This document shows positions 1 through 14,059 of a stretch of 64,000 nt of DNA, piece by piece (position 1 is the stretch's first letter; each line of letters starts with the position of its first letter). The notes beneath the pieces are model-generated. The model was not told the origin of the DNA and did not search any database. It saw nothing but the letters and a program-made list of their open reading frames with translations. Source of the stretch: Ruditapes philippinarum (Eukaryota); contig NW_026858822.1 of assembly GCF_026571515.1 (NCBI RefSeq), forward strand, positions 124,001-188,000, given 5' to 3'. The translations under genes and the position numbers were made by a program.

Positions 1-1729
1 TATATTTTTTATTATTCATTTATATTATAAATTTCATTTATTTTGTTCCCTATAGGCCAGTATTTACCGGTACCTAAAACGTATTGCACAAGGATTTTTT
101 ACACCAGCTGAATTTACTTAATTTTAAGTGTTAATTGTGAAAAGTCCCGATATTTTGCCAGGTCCAAGTGGTTGAATATAGCATTTTTTTGCCACTTTGA
201 GACTTGGCTTGATTCATTTAGGATGCCTGCTATGAAAAAAAATTTTACATTTTAAACGTCATGTTTAACGAAAGAACTCTTTTGAACAACATTTCAATCT
301 TCCATGAGGCCCTCAACAAGGAACAATATAAATTAAACATATTCAAACTATTAAAATACATAAATAGAAAAATACACACAGGAGATTATCAATTTGTATA
401 CATCAATGCGGTATAAAGTTTTACAGATGTAGCAGACTTGATATAATCAGGAAGGCCTTTCCAAAATAATAATGTAATTGATTTCTCCAGTTAAAACTAT
501 ACGTTTTGAGTTAAATAGATTTTAAACTTAGAACATAAGTTTAAGAGATTTTAAAATTGGAACAGTCTACCTCCCAGTGAGATTATTCTTCAGTCATTTA
601 AGTAAGATCATTTTATTCTATGAAATATGAAGCAAAATGAGTGACATTCTTTTCTTTATGCATTAGGAATAGTGGAAGGGAGATCATTCTGTATAAAGTC
701 TGAACTACACAAGCTAGGTAATAAGCACAGTGTATGAATCATATAAAAAAAAGAAGATATTTTTATATAATTTATGAATCATACAAGGTTTTTAGTATAA
801 TTCATAAAATAAGAACGTTCTCATTAATTTATTTACCATACAAGGGAGATTGCTGCATCTTTTAGAATGTCTCAATCTTTAAAATTATATAGTGTTCTTC
901 ATTATGTCTATACCATAGATGAAAAAAAAGAACTTTTCATTATATTAGAATCAAACAACAAGGATGTTTCTTCTTAATGTATAAATCATTCATAATAAAA
1001 CTAAAAGATAAACATGTACATATGAATCATATAACTGAAACAATGCTTCAATACATATAAATCACATAAGTAAAATATTATTTATTTACATATTTAGGTA
1101 AGTAAATATTTTAATATAGTGACATATGCAATATGTTACAAAAATGCAACAGTTCAGAAGTATTGAAAGCATCCGGTCCAATGGACCTATATGTCTCCAA
1201 AACCTAGACATCATAATGAATTCAGGTATAGATCAATGATATGATAACATAAAAATAAGTTTACTTATGCAAGTTTAAAGAAATTCGATATGCAATGTTT
1301 GGAGTTGTTTTTCTATGGAGATATGAATTAACAACATAATTATATTGCTGATTTTCATGAACAATTGTTTAAAAGACATGCTACGTATGTATGCATGCGT
1401 TCATCTTTTAAATTAACAGTTGTTGCCCCAAGAATATTTGTTGCTTATTTGATAACAATAGTCACACTCACTCATAAAGTGTAATTCATCCTCGATTATG
1501 TTGATGAGCAAAATCTGCAAAGTATTTTTTTCTATTTGTTCCATTGGCTCTCCCATATATCACGGATTTATATTACATGCAATAATTGTAATTGTAATTT
1601 AAATCCGTGCATATATTAACCTGTTTCAATTCTTAAAGGTACTTGATGAATCTTACTAGTCACGTTAGTCCTCAAATCAGACAAGAGAGATAATTTTTCA
1701 CATATATACAATTTCTGAACAATCGAAAA

Positions 1730-2005
1730 GAGATAATACTTTAAACTATATTCATGAATAGGACAGCCATATTGTTCTTGTATGTCCAATATTTATGAGA
1801 TAATACTTTGAAATATATTCATGAATCAGCCGTAATGTAGAATCTATATAAATGAGATAATACTTTGAAATGTATTCATGAACAGGATAGTCATAATGTA
1901 TGACCAAAATTTATCAGATAACACTTTAAAATTTATCATGAATTCGCCAGCCATATTGTATGATCGATAGAAATGAGATAGTACTTCTGAAGGTATTCCT
2001 GAATC
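1730..2005. repeat. Degenerate ~60-bp tandem repeat (gagataatactttgaaatatattcatgaa core), about 5 copies
   Basis: The core recurs near 1731, 1797, 1854, 1915 and 1975. Confidence 0.7.
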
Positions 2006-2339
2006 AGACTAAAGAGATCGTTGAAAGAAATGTTGTTTTAATCTAACTACATGTATTAGGCTGTGACTAAAAAAAGGATTGGAGCACCACACTAAATACC
2101 GTATTCCGGTATATACCGGGCAAGGCGCTTGAATGATAAAATGCTAAAATCTTGTCTTTTTACCCAACGGAATGAACTTTAACAGGTCTAATTCATCTTT
2201 TTACACCGAATCAAGTACGATAATCAAGGAAAAATGTAAAATTCGGCGAAAAAAACGATATTTGTCTATTTTGTGATCATGATTTCTGCAAGCGTCTAGT
2301 GGTACTGCTCCAATCCTGTATTGAGCTAAATCCCATGTA

Positions 2340-4876
2340 TTATAGCAATGCATATGGTAATGGTGACGTCACAGGCTGTATCTCCGTGTCTTTTAATTCT
2401 TCTTCTGAACCAAACATAGTATAGCCTAATTCTTTATAAATATTGCTACAATATCTGTTAATAACTCTAACAAATCGCCATTCTAATTGTTCTCTGTATA
2501 AAAACGGATGATTTCCATTTAATTTACTACCGGATGTTGCGTTCGTATCGATGTCTATAAAGTTATAAGCTTCACTTGTAAACTTCATCCCTACAAAATC
2601 TATTAATTTCCGTATTTTCGGTAAAGGATTCTTAAAATCTTCATATTGCACAATAAGAAATCTTTGCGGAAACTCTGCTTTCAATTTTTTAGCGTTTTCA
2701 ATGTCGTCTGCCATTCTGCCGCAGATGCTTCTGGAAACGCTGGCAACGCTTTCGAGGGAATTCGCTCGTACGGGGGACCAGTTCGTGCGTATGTGAGAAT
2801 TGATTACAGCTCTAGGATCACGGAATAGGTGGACTATTTTAAGATTTGGCCGGACTTCTAGAAATGATTTCAGGTTAAATAGAGATATCCGTAATACTTT
2901 TGTCACCTTGTTTTGACTTCTGGAGCAGACGTTACTGGACATGTACCGGAGACACGTGTCCAGCGTGTGGTTCTTGGCGCTGCATTCCCTGAACACGTTC
3001 CACTTTTTACCTAAATATAATACATATTTCAGAATTGTTACAAAATTATACAAACCCAAAGAACGATAAAGGTTGAATAAAGAACACTTTGGTTTAAACT
3101 ACATTTGTAGTAAAAAAGAAAACAGTATTATAGAATCTTTATATAACGTATATGATACAAAATGTATTCTTAAATTTGAATTGTCATCCAGTCCATCCAT
3201 TTTTTTTCATCATTTATAATGTAGGCTCTAAATGCACTTGAACGTCATATTTTGACATCGAATTTCAAAGAATATGTATGGATGCATAGGCATACTATCG
3301 TGCCATTAAGTGCATAAAGTTGATCTTGAAAACATTAAGTTTGCTAGGCGGTTCACATTTGTCCTACCTCATATTTACCTGATAATTTGGCATGTATGTT
3401 TCGTTTGAAAAATCTCAGCATGGGGTCCGTATTGAAGTTACATCCGTATATTTGAAACAAAATTCTAAAAGCAATCTGCAATTCACCTGTCTCACTGAAA
3501 TGAAAAACCGCCACACTATTTCATGTTCTTTTAAATCGCCAGGAAAACTTGAAAGGTAGGGAAATTGTATAAAACGCCTGTTTTACTGATGATTGAAACT
3601 TATAAACTTACAAAAAAGCGTCACAGTTCCCTAGAGGACAGTTAGGTACGGGACATCTGGACTTAGCTTACCAAGGCTTTTGTGATCATTCTCAGAAGGC
3701 GTTGGGTTATTCCGTACCCGACTCGGTAAGCATCGTTACCGCCCAATGGACAGGTACCTTCGGAGCCAGTCAGAACCGCAATATTATTGTACAGTGCAAC
3801 TTTTACAAAGCGGCCCTCTAAGGACACGCCCGTTTAACTCACAACGAGTGAAAAATGTCCATCGGTAAAATGTTGTGAGCAACTTCCGTTCCTCGTTGTG
3901 AGCACCCATCTCTTTGGGGTATGCACAACGTCTTGCAAAGAAATGCTGCTGTGCAAAAAACGTTTTAATTGCTGTGGTAGATTGAAAATAATATTTTCAC
4001 CATCTGAATTACATATTAAAACCATACACGCACTGCGCTTGTCTTGCTCACAACGAGGTTATGATACTCACAACGAGGATTAAAGCAAAAAAGGGGTATA
4101 TCTTCGTTTCTATGAAGACTTTCAGATAATAATTTACGCTGAAGGCTTGTGGGCATCTGTTTTTTAGGTTAGAATGCACAAAAAACGTCACCAAGAATCG
4201 ACGTTTTCAATGTTTAAATTAGGTCCAAAGAGAAGTGTCCCTTCCAGTTTTCCAGCTACCCCGAGTGGACTGCGTCGCACGGTATTTCCATCAAATTGTT
4301 CCACCAACAGGCAAAATCTTTACATGTGCATACTCGGAAAACACATCGCTAGCTAACTGCATTCCGATATTTTACATAAATGTCTGTAATCTTCAAAAAT
4401 TTTATGAAAAACTCACCTTGTTTATCGTGTCACTCGTCATAAGATGGGTGCTCACAACGAGGAACGGAAAAGTTTGCTCACAACATTTTTACCGATGGAC
4501 ATTTTTCACTCTCGTTGTGATTAAACGGGGTGTAAGGAGCAATTATTTTCGTTTCAACAACGTAGACAGCTTCCCCATTTAAGTAAAACTTCCACAAAAA
4601 ACCTCTGTACAGTAACCCCTGTACGCAAAACTCTAAATTTGATCCCAATGGCATAAAAAGGTTTAATACTAAATGGGTTTCATAATTTTTACTACAATTT
4701 GGTTAAAAACACGATTTTTTCGCATTCCAGGGATAAAAGTAACGGCTGAGGCCCAAAAGGGGGTTTATAATGTTTGAACGTATCCACCTATGTCCCACTT
4801 TTGAAGAAAGTCGAACCGGATCTCATGTACGCGCTGATCATAACTTCGACGCCGTCATTTCCGTTGACTTCCGTTC
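2340..4876 (-). pseudogene. Golgi carbohydrate sulfotransferase (CHST1/3/5-like), multi-exon, probably disabled. Exons about 4876-4690 (decayed), possibly 3655-3612, 3494-3379 and 3010-2340
   Basis: The last exon has the 3'-phosphate-binding motif LKIVHLFRDPRAVINS and the YEDF motif. Exon 3494-3379 (ETGELQIAFRILFQIYGCNF...KLSG) has ag/gt ends and joins the last exon in phase. The exon starting at 4876 encodes the 5'-PSB motif VMISAYMRSGSTF, then reaches an in-frame TAG and a degenerate DTFKHYKP (expected FYxYEPL). Confidence 0.8.
3825..4532. mobile_element. 708-bp non-autonomous TIR element (MITE), ~85-bp TIRs, superfamily unclear
   Basis: cacgcccgtttaactcacaacgag...gagcacccatct is mirrored at 4442-4532. 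The direct repeat TAAGGA lies at 3819-3824 and 4533-4538. Confidence 0.85.
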
Positions 4877-4974
4877 CTTAAAGATAAGCAAAAGTTTAAA
4901 ACAAAAAGTTAAAGAGGCCTAACCTATTCAGCGAAAGAGAGTAAAAAAACAACATCAAAATCAAACAAACTGGA

Positions 4975-5283
4975 TACAGTGTCCCGTTATGTCCATCGCG
5001 ACACATACATAACTCGAAACATCGAAAACTCGAAATGACGATGGTGAAATTTAGTCGAGACCAGGATGTTGAAAAGACAAAGTTTCGATGGATGAAAGTA
5101 CGATGGAGAAAAGTCTAAATGACTATACTACGATAGTGAAAACTCGATATAATTTCATAATTTCACCATCGACCTTTCACCATCGTATTTTCGACTTTTA
5201 TCATCGTGGTTCCTTCAACATCGTAATTTCGTTGTTTCGAGTTATGTGTGTGTGTGTCTCGATGGCCCTAATGGGACACCGTA
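4975..5283. mobile_element. Non-autonomous element with TAC...GTA ends (IS3EU-like MITE)
   Basis: The left end tacagtgtcccgttatgtccatcgcgacacatacataactcgaaac matches the reverse complement of the right end (tacggtgtcccattagggccatcgagacac...ataactcgaaac). No clean TSD. Confidence 0.7.
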
Positions 5284-7949
5284 CGTGTATTTAACGTTAA
5301 TAAATGCTAGGGAAAAGTTCGGTCGAATAACCTATCAACCGAAGACATCGGACAGAAACTCTAAAAATCTCTATGCAATTTCTATAGTACAATAAATTAT
5401 TATTGACCTTTAAAAGTGTGACGAATCTATTTCAACCACTTTTTACCTTCAAAAAAAAAACGTTTACCTTCAAATAACGAGGGTCTAAAACGCAGTTTTC
5501 TACGGCTATGATTCTGCTTAAAATCTATGTCGATATCTCGTTCTGAAAAAAATGCACGTGAAATTCGGTATATAATAAACCAAATCAGTTTTTTATCTTA
5601 AATTGTACAAGACGCTTGAAAGGTACGTTTGTTGTTGTTGTTGTTGTTTTGGTGCATGTTTTCGTGAGATAAAAGTATCTATTTCACATATAATCAATTT
5701 AAAGAGACACATCCGTGGTTAATTAATTTATCAAAGATACAAGACAATAAGGAAATGTTATCAAATGCCATGAATTATATGATTAATTATACATTGTAAA
5801 ATAAGGTAATGCACGAGTACTAATCAATCATGAAGTGAATTTGTTTCAACTTAAACGGGTTTCATTCGGAACACTTCGCATTTTAAAATAATCACCATTT
5901 AATTGAAAATTCTCTTTTTGAGATTGGCAAGGGCCGGAATGCTTCGTTTTTGGGTCGCACATATTCGGACTTTGATGGAAAAGTCCGAGAAAATGCGAAT
6001 GGCAGAATCTCCATCATATTTATTATAATATTATTCGCAATTCATGTATATGGAAGGGGAAATATGACTTAATTAAATTAAAACGTTGGTTCCGATTACT
6101 TTAATTTCCGGAAAATATTGCAAATTACGTATTTGATGAAGTTGAATAAGCGTCGAAATGACAAAAAGTAATATAAAATCTTTGTCGTTTCAACGCTTTT
6201 AAAACAAATATAAGAAACAACAGGAAGTATCTTTAAAAGAGATACTCGGTCGAACTAAAACTGGTTTATTTGCATATCGTATCTCAGTCAGGAAACATGG
6301 AATGGGAATCATAAGAATTATGATGTTGAGTCTAGTATTGAATTTTACGTTTAAATATTTGAAATATTAAAATCATATGCATTTGTTGGCAAATACAAAG
6401 TATTTTAATAGAAACAAAATCTTAAGTCTGAAGTAAATCCTTTAAAAGTAAGGAAGAAGTAAATAAGAACTACAAACAAACAAAACAATTTATTTCGTAC
6501 TCATTTTTTTAGTCTCAATTCATATTTTCCGTCATGTAATTCTTTTATTTCTATTATTGTGATTGCCGTTTTAGCTCAAAGAAAAATATTTAAGTTATTG
6601 AAGTTTGTTCCAATCGAAATTTTAATTGAAAGTTTATAAATGACAACGTTTTGTTGATACGAAAAACCCGAGTTTTAACAACTTGACGAAGATGAATGTG
6701 GTGGTTTTCACTAATGTGTGACAAAATCTATACCTTTGGAAATAAGAAAGAAACCTTAAATCCGAAAAAAACCGAAAGAGAGCCTTCTTATATTAAATAC
6801 TTTGGCAAACATTTATTATAGACAAACAATTCAATCGTTAGCGGTTAAATAAATACTTCATGAATATGTAAAATACATGAAAATAATAAACTTTGTATAT
6901 AACTGATAATACCAGATAAATCCGTTTTCTTGTGTGCTTTTCGCTATTTTCATAATTATTGAAACCAATGAACTTTGAATAATTTGAATAAAAGAATTAA
7001 TAAACTATGTGTGAAAAGCTGCATTCCCTATTACGGGACATGTAAAGTTGGTCCTTTATTAAACAAAAAGTATCTTTTAAAAAGATATTCGGCCGAAGTA
7101 AAACTGGTTAACATGCAAATTATGCTATTTTTAAGTGTTTAAAACAAAAAGATAAGTTAGTAACTCTTGCATAAAAATGACATAATACCTATTTCTTGTA
7201 ATTAAAGGAAATACCCATTTCATAAGCATTGAATTTAAATTATAGCATAGATCTCTATTTATTTTGATGATTTTTCAAAGTAGGACAACTTCTATTTTAG
7301 GTTTTTTGTAGCAATTATAAAAAATAATATCAAATTTGAGCATATGTTTAAATTGATAGTAAAAGGACTTATGAATGTAGATATTTCGTTTCCAGGCTCC
7401 TTAAGATCAATCAAAATTTAGACGCGTGTATAATAGAGTTAGAGTTAGAGTAACCTCTCCTGATAACACTGCAAATGGCGTAAGGGTTCAAAAGGAAGGT
7501 GACTGTTGCACTCAAAAATAAAGTCGGTTACAGTGACTTCCCATGATATTATTGCAAATCAATCTCAAACGCAGTGATCTCTTCTAACAGGATTAGATCT
7601 CTGCCATCACAACATTTTCGTCAAGATTTTTGACGATATGAATTTTTTCAATTTTTATAGTAATTTTTAAAAGTAAACACGGTTTTGCTAATGTTTCAAG
7701 ACCGTAAGGTGTTAGATGTGAACTAAAATGAAAAAATAATTTTGGAAACATAAATATTATGAAATTAATTTTTAAATTTTCAATATCATCGTTTATTTCC
7801 AAAACAATGGCCCCTCTCGAAAGAGAAATCATTCAAGTAATTATTAATTTCGACTCTACGCTTTACAAAAATGATTTTTTTTCTCAATCATATCGACATA
7901 TTTGAAACAGAGTAGCGTAACCAGTTCGCGGAGTTTGATTGCAAATGGT

Positions 7950-8735
7950 AAGGGTTCTGTTGCAATTGTAACAACTCGGCAATCTCCGTCAAGTTCGGAG
8001 ATCGACCTCGTATGTAAGTGTATGAATACACCAAATTGTTATACGGCCCGGCGAAACACAGATTTTAATTATTGATGTAAACAAAGATGGCGGACTTTAA
8101 TCAGTGTCAATCGTAACAACTCGGCAATCTCCGTCAAGCTAGGAGGTCGAATTCTTGAAGTCGCCCGAGGTGTTCCGATTGACACAGGTAAATCAACAAT
8201 TTTTAAAATAGTTCGTCAAAATGGCGCATCCCTTATTACTTCCCAAACTCCTCACATGAAGTGATTACCTCCCTTGGCAGAATTGTAATAACTGCCTTCA
8301 CAGACGTCACATGAAATTGAAAGTCACATGACGTAACATCGAAATTCAAATGAAAATATCGACTGTTACATAGAAAATCTAACGTCATTTTTCTCTTTCT
8401 GTTTCATTTTAAACTTTTCGTACCTTCGTCCGTTATATTTATATTAAACAATTATCAAAAGTATACAAAATAATGAAAAAGAAATGAAAAAGCTAAAAAA
8501 TATTAAATATACAATATTTAAATGTTTGTGATGGCAGACATCTCTGTACTGATAAGGAGAGATAACTGCGTAGAAGATTGATTACTTCCGATGCAAATTC
8601 TTGAAGTCGCCCGAGGTGCTCCGATTGAGACAGGTAAATCAACCATTTTGAAAATAGTCCGTCAAAATGGTGCATCCCGTATTACTTCCAAGGCGATTTC
8701 TTGAAGTCGCCCGAGGTGTTCCGATTGCGACTGTG
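7950..8735. repeat. Cluster of short direct and inverted repeats (ttcttgaagtcgcccgaggtgttccgattg x3; aacaactcggcaatctccgtcaag x2)
   Basis: Copies lie near 8152, 8597 and 8698. gtgtcaatcgtaacaactcgg (~8104) is inverted relative to ccgaggtgttccgattgacac (~8165). Confidence 0.65.
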
Positions 8736-8769
8736 ACCTACAAATCGGGTCCCCTGATATAATTGAAAA

Positions 8770-9468
8770 ATTGGTAAGTGTTCCACAGGGAGGTGACTGT
8801 TGCGCTACAAATCGAGTCAGTTTGAGTGACTTCTCCTGTTATCATTGAAAATGGCGTAAGGGTTCAAAGAGAGGTAACTGTTGCGCTAAAAAAGAGTCAG
8901 TTAGAATGACCTCCCATGAAAACATTGCAAATGGCGTAAGGGTTCAATGGGAGGTAACTGTTGCGCTAAAAAATGTTGATTAGAGTGACCTCCCCTGATT
9001 ACATTAAAAAATGGCGTAAGGGTTTAAAAGGAAGGTAACTGTTGCGCTCAACAACAAGTTTATTAAAGTAACCTCCCCTGACAACATTGCAAATGGCGTA
9101 TGTGTTCAAAAGAGAGGTGACTGTTATGCTATATAAGATTCGGTTTGAGTGACCTCCCCTGAAAACATTGCAAATGACGTAAGGGTTCTAAAGGGAGGTA
9201 ACAGTTGCGCTAAAAAAAAAAATCAGTTAGAATGACCTCCCCTGAATACATTGCAAATGGCGTAAGGGTTCAAAAGGAGGTAACAGTTGCGCTATAAAAG
9301 ATTGGGTTAGAGTGTCGACCTCCCCTGATAACATTGCAAATGGCGTAAGGGTTCAAAGGGAGGTACCAGTTGCGCTTAAAAAGATGTTGATTAGAGTGAC
9401 CTCCCCTGATAACATTGCAAATGACGTAAGGGTTCTAAAGGGAGGTAGCAGTTGCGCTAAAAAAGAGT
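8770..9468. repeat. ~59-60-bp minisatellite, about 11 copies (cattgcaaatggcgtaagggttcaaagggaggtaacagttgcgcta...gtgacctcccctga); related copies at 7440-7560
   Basis: Clear tandem periodicity in the sequence. Confidence 0.9.
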
Positions 9469-11353
9469 AAAGATTAATTTTTTATTTCTCCTAATTATGA
9501 TTTAAAAATCTGGACCAAAATGCCTTGTTTACATTGTCATTATATTAGATATTTTCGACCATGCGACCACATACATGCATCGAGGACATATTTGAAGGAA
9601 AGTGACCGTGCGACCACATACACGCATCACAAGATTCCCGTTCTCTTACGAGAAAGGAACAAAGAGTTGTCCGCCCTTTTATTAAAGGCAGACTGTAAAA
9701 ATGCCTTTGCCTTATGTTATTGATAAGGAGGCTAGTTTTCACAGATATGGCTTGAATTGGTTTATATATAACATTAGTAATGCAAAGCAAGCGGGTTTTC
9801 AGTTTACGTCTTTTTAAGTCCGCAATGAAATTTTAAAAAGATCATATATAACTTCTTGGAAAATTTTGAGTTTAAACTTTTTTCTACTTCTCATTATATG
9901 TATATAGCAGAATTATTATAATTTTGCAAAACATGAACGTTTCAAAAACGTTTTATATAAGTTAAATATTGGAGATATATTTCACACTGTTTTCACATAT
10001 TAACCTGGGGGCATTTTTGCCGATGTACTATCCAAGGACAATAACTTGAGCCTATGTTTACATAAAAATTAATAAAAGGTAAAGCAGACTGAAGCCTAAT
10101 AAATGAAACACAAAGTAAACGTCATATTTTCATGTGCCTTGATAGCGCAGTAAGCAGAGCGTCCTTGTCAGTGTTGTTTCATGCATTTAGATGCTCGTAT
10201 CATAGTTAGGTCCCATTACATTTGAGTGTTTTATGCGACGTCCTGTGAACGTTGCCTTTGCCTTGTTGATCTTTATTCTTGTTATTTTATGTATCTTTTT
10301 CTTATTTGACCACCTTTTTTCAAATAGTTTCAAATGCATGAGATAGAAAATTTTTGTACACAGGTTGATAAGCAGTTGTGCTAAGTTTGGGGAAAACGTC
10401 AAACATCAGGAAAAAGCATTATCAGAAATGTAAGAAATATAATGAAATGACGTGTATTATATATTGATAATTAATATTTCGTAATCGTAGTGTGTTTAAA
10501 ATTGATTGATTCTTAAAATGTTAAATAAGATTTTAAAAAATCACTTGAAATGTAGTTATTTTCTTAACAGTGGAACAAAAAATGAAATGAAATAAAAAAC
10601 ATAAAATAGAAATAGAAATTTATGAGAACCAAATACATGCATATTCAAATGATCATACAAAAGACAGACAAAGTAAAAAAAAAGGGAGAAAAACAACACC
10701 ACCGGCAACAACGAAGGGTTCAAACATATAAGTACAAATCATTAAAAGTTACTGTGTCGTTGATTTACCAAGTGAGCTTCTATACGACGGTATACAGTTT
10801 TTAGAATTAAACTGTATATAGTTGTTGTTAAATAATATGCAGAGTTACCCTTTATTGGAATATTCCAAGTACCGTTAAGTCACAGGACAATTAATATGGA
10901 CAATACACATTTAATTTCTATATTCGACTTATTCTACTTAAAAAAGAAAAGGTAATGTGATGGGCTGCAAGAAAAATATAGATTAAACTTGAGCAGCACG
11001 CAAATAAGACACCGGTAAGAATACATACATGTATTTGCAAGACTTTAGTCTTATCATTCCTGCTGAATTTGATCGTTACAAAAGCATGAAGTAGGCAGAA
11101 AAGTTGCGATCATGCAGTCACGCAGACCTTCATCCGTGTGACGTCAAATTCCCTATCAAAAGAGATACCTTATTTTCAGCTACATCTAGCCTTCATACCG
11201 TAATCTAACGCAAAACATACAATGCATACGTAGATACTTTATTTTTCTTTTTTTTCCTTTCTTTTTTATTCGTTTTTTTCTTCTTCAGAAAATAGCTGAA
11301 GATATACTCATGATACTAGTGATAATATTTAATACAGTGATACAATACTATCT

Positions 11354-11550
11354 TACGGAAGCCCATAAGTGCCATTTTGTCTTAGGACTTTTGTCTTATG
11401 ACTAATGACTTGTGTATTATGACTTTTGTCTTATGTATTATGACTTGACAAAAAAGCGGAAAAAGGGCAAGTTTCATCACATGCACCCTTCATGGACGTT
11501 GGAGGTAAATCTGATAGTGAAACAGAAGACGATTTGGTAAGTGTTAAATT
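11354..11550 (+). repeat. Left TIR, containing 7-bp subterminal units and a 45-nt ATG exon (11492-11536, [15 protein letters not shown]|gtaagt)
   Basis: Reverse complement of 28381-28578 with a few mismatches. Confidence 0.92.
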
Positions 11551-12679
11551 TAAAAAGTATGACAGTACTGTATTTCTCCTAACTTGAATAATTATCTCCC
11601 ATACAAGGTTAGGTTTCGAATATATGGGTCATCTCAGATGAAAAAATAGGTCACAGGGCACAACAATCGTATTAACTGTTAAAGTTTAAGTATCAAAATA
11701 TTTGCAAGACTGACACATTTTTAAAACATGTGTGAAACTTTATTCTGTATAAAATATAAATTATTTCTCCTTCAGGTAAATGCGAGTAGTAAACAATGCG
11801 AGTAGTAAACGTATTCATGCACTAGTTCAGAACATAGCAGGCCACTAAGAAGAAAAAAGACCCAGGAACATTGAAAAAGATTAACTTATGGAGATCCATT
11901 GATGGTAAACATGTTGGACATTCATCTTCTACCTGTGACTCTCTTTACAAAGGAAAATACAAGAAATTGATTTATGATTTATCAGACAAGTACAAAGGCA
12001 AATGTGCCGAATGATGATATTTTATCAAATTGCAGAGTACAGTAGGAGAACAAAAAGTAACAAAGAAGACTGCTTTGGTAAGAGTTAAATTGTTAAAAGA
12101 TTTACATAAATTAATTTTGTTTATGTCATGACAACTATAGTATATAGGATTAACTGTACAACTAGTTGCAACTTCTCCATGCATCTGTTTCAGTTTCAGT
12201 TCTTTTCCAAAACTGTAAGGCATTGGCCTAACAACTTGAAACTCTTATTCTTTTGGTGACTCTATTGAGTTATCTCCCTTTTAAACTTCTTTTTTAATTT
12301 TCAAATATAAAGGTTATTTGAGTGTTCAGTACCTGTATACGGTGCAATTTTGATTTAAGCAGTCATAGTCTTACTTATCAACCCGCCCGCTTATATCAAC
12401 AGACCGACGGTTTGTTGGCGAGGCTATGTTTTCCGTGATTGTGTATAAAATTTTCAGGCCATTTAATCAAACTCCGTCTTTGTTTAATCTTTTTTCTCCT
12501 AGCAACATTTATATGATTTAAAAAAAACAACAACAAAAACTACACACTGATAACTATGATGTTTGAATAATTATTGCAATTGACATTTTATACAGCAGTG
12601 TTTTTATAAATTATATATTTTGTCTGACATCTTATAAGTATGAATAAGAGCTTATATGTATACGTACTCTGTTTTCCAG

Positions 12680-13941
12680 ATATCACAAGTGAATATGTTG
12701 GCGTTCCATAGCTTTTGGTTTTGTCTTTGGATACAACAGGTTAACTCTGTATTAGGAGTGACACCTTCAAACATACCAGACACATCGACAGCAGGAAGTA
12801 CACGGCTTGAATTAGTGAAACACTATTTTTACTGTGGGTTTTCATATCCGGAAATTATTCTTTTGTTGTTTGTTATAAATAACATTAAAATATCGTTGCG
12901 ACAGCTTAATAGAGTACTTAAATGTAACAACTTACGACGTCGAACTGGATACACACCAGATCACATTGTTCTTGATTATATTTCCAAGGAAATTGAGACA
13001 AGTGGTCAGTGCATTGGTTATCGTTCGATGTGGAAACGCTTGACAAATGAACATAAATTAAGAGTTCCTAGAAATAAAGTTCTTTCATTTATGAAAACTA
13101 TTGATCCTGACGGAATTAATTTTCGGAAAGCCCACAGAATTAAAAGACGCAAGTACAGAATAAAGGGGCCAAATTATGTATGGCACGTAGACGGTTACGA
13201 TAAACTGAAACCATATGGCTTTTGTATACACGGTGCTATTGATGGTTACAGTAGAAGGATACTTTGGCTAGAAGTGTCACAAAGTAACAACAACCCTGCA
13301 GTCATCGCTATGTATTATCTTGAAGCGCTGAAGACGCTTCGGGTTGTTCCCCGAATTCTTCGTTGTGATAAGGGAACGGAAAATTCAACTCTGTCTTTGC
13401 TCCAACCGTTCTTCCGGTACAATGATACAGATAGTATATCGAGACTTAGAAGTTTTATATACGGAAAAACGTTTCAAATCAACGAATAGAGGCCTGGTGG
13501 GGAACTATGAGACGCCAAGGAATTCAATGGTGGATTTCCTTTTTCAAAGATTTAAAGGACAATCAAGAGTATGATGAATTAAATCCTTTACATGTTGAAT
13601 GCTTGAAATTCTCTTTTATGCACTTGATTCAGGCCGAGCTTGACAGAATAGCGGTTAATTGGAACTTACATTCCATACGTAAACAGAAATTCTGAGGTAC
13701 CAAATGGAAAACCCGATTTAATGTACTTCGTTCCGGAATTGTTTGGCGGACACAATTATGGAAAGATTGTAGATCAAAATGATGTTGTGAAATGTACGGC
13801 TTACGTAGGACAACATGCATTATAGAATTTCAAGATTTGGTAAAATTACTAAAGCCTGACATCCGCATTCCCAAGGATGTACAAGATGCTCTAGAACTAT
13901 ACAGGGAACTACTGGAACTTATTGATGAAGCCATGGAATAA
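12680..13941 (+). pseudogene. IS3EU-type DDE transposase (integrase core), frameshifted. Probable upstream exons at 11492-11536, 11776-11904 and 12036-12077
   Basis: Motifs GYRSMW, RRKYRIKGPNYVWHVDGYDKLKPYGFCIHGAIDGYSRRILWL and PRILRCDKGTEN. After a frameshift near 13470 it reads SNQRIEAWW...WNLHSIR, and after another near 13690 VPNGKPDLMYFVPE. Acceptor ttttccag at 12679 is in frame. Confidence 0.9.
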
Positions 13942-14059
13942 TTTCTCTCATATATGTGCTCTGAATAAATTCTCTTCAAGTATCAGATATTTAATATAAT
14001 TCATTAAGATCGTTTGCGGAACAAGTTCTTGCCAAGGTTTTTTTTAATCAAAACCCTAG

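Noticed and set aside
8770-9468. CRISPR-like array
   Set aside because: The units are homologous along their full length with no unique spacers, there are no cas genes and the context is eukaryotic.
12656-13941. LTR retrotransposon or Polinton integrase, or bacterial IS contamination
   Set aside because: No gag, RT, RNase H, polB or capsid is present. The element has TIRs, spliceosomal introns and nested animal repeats.
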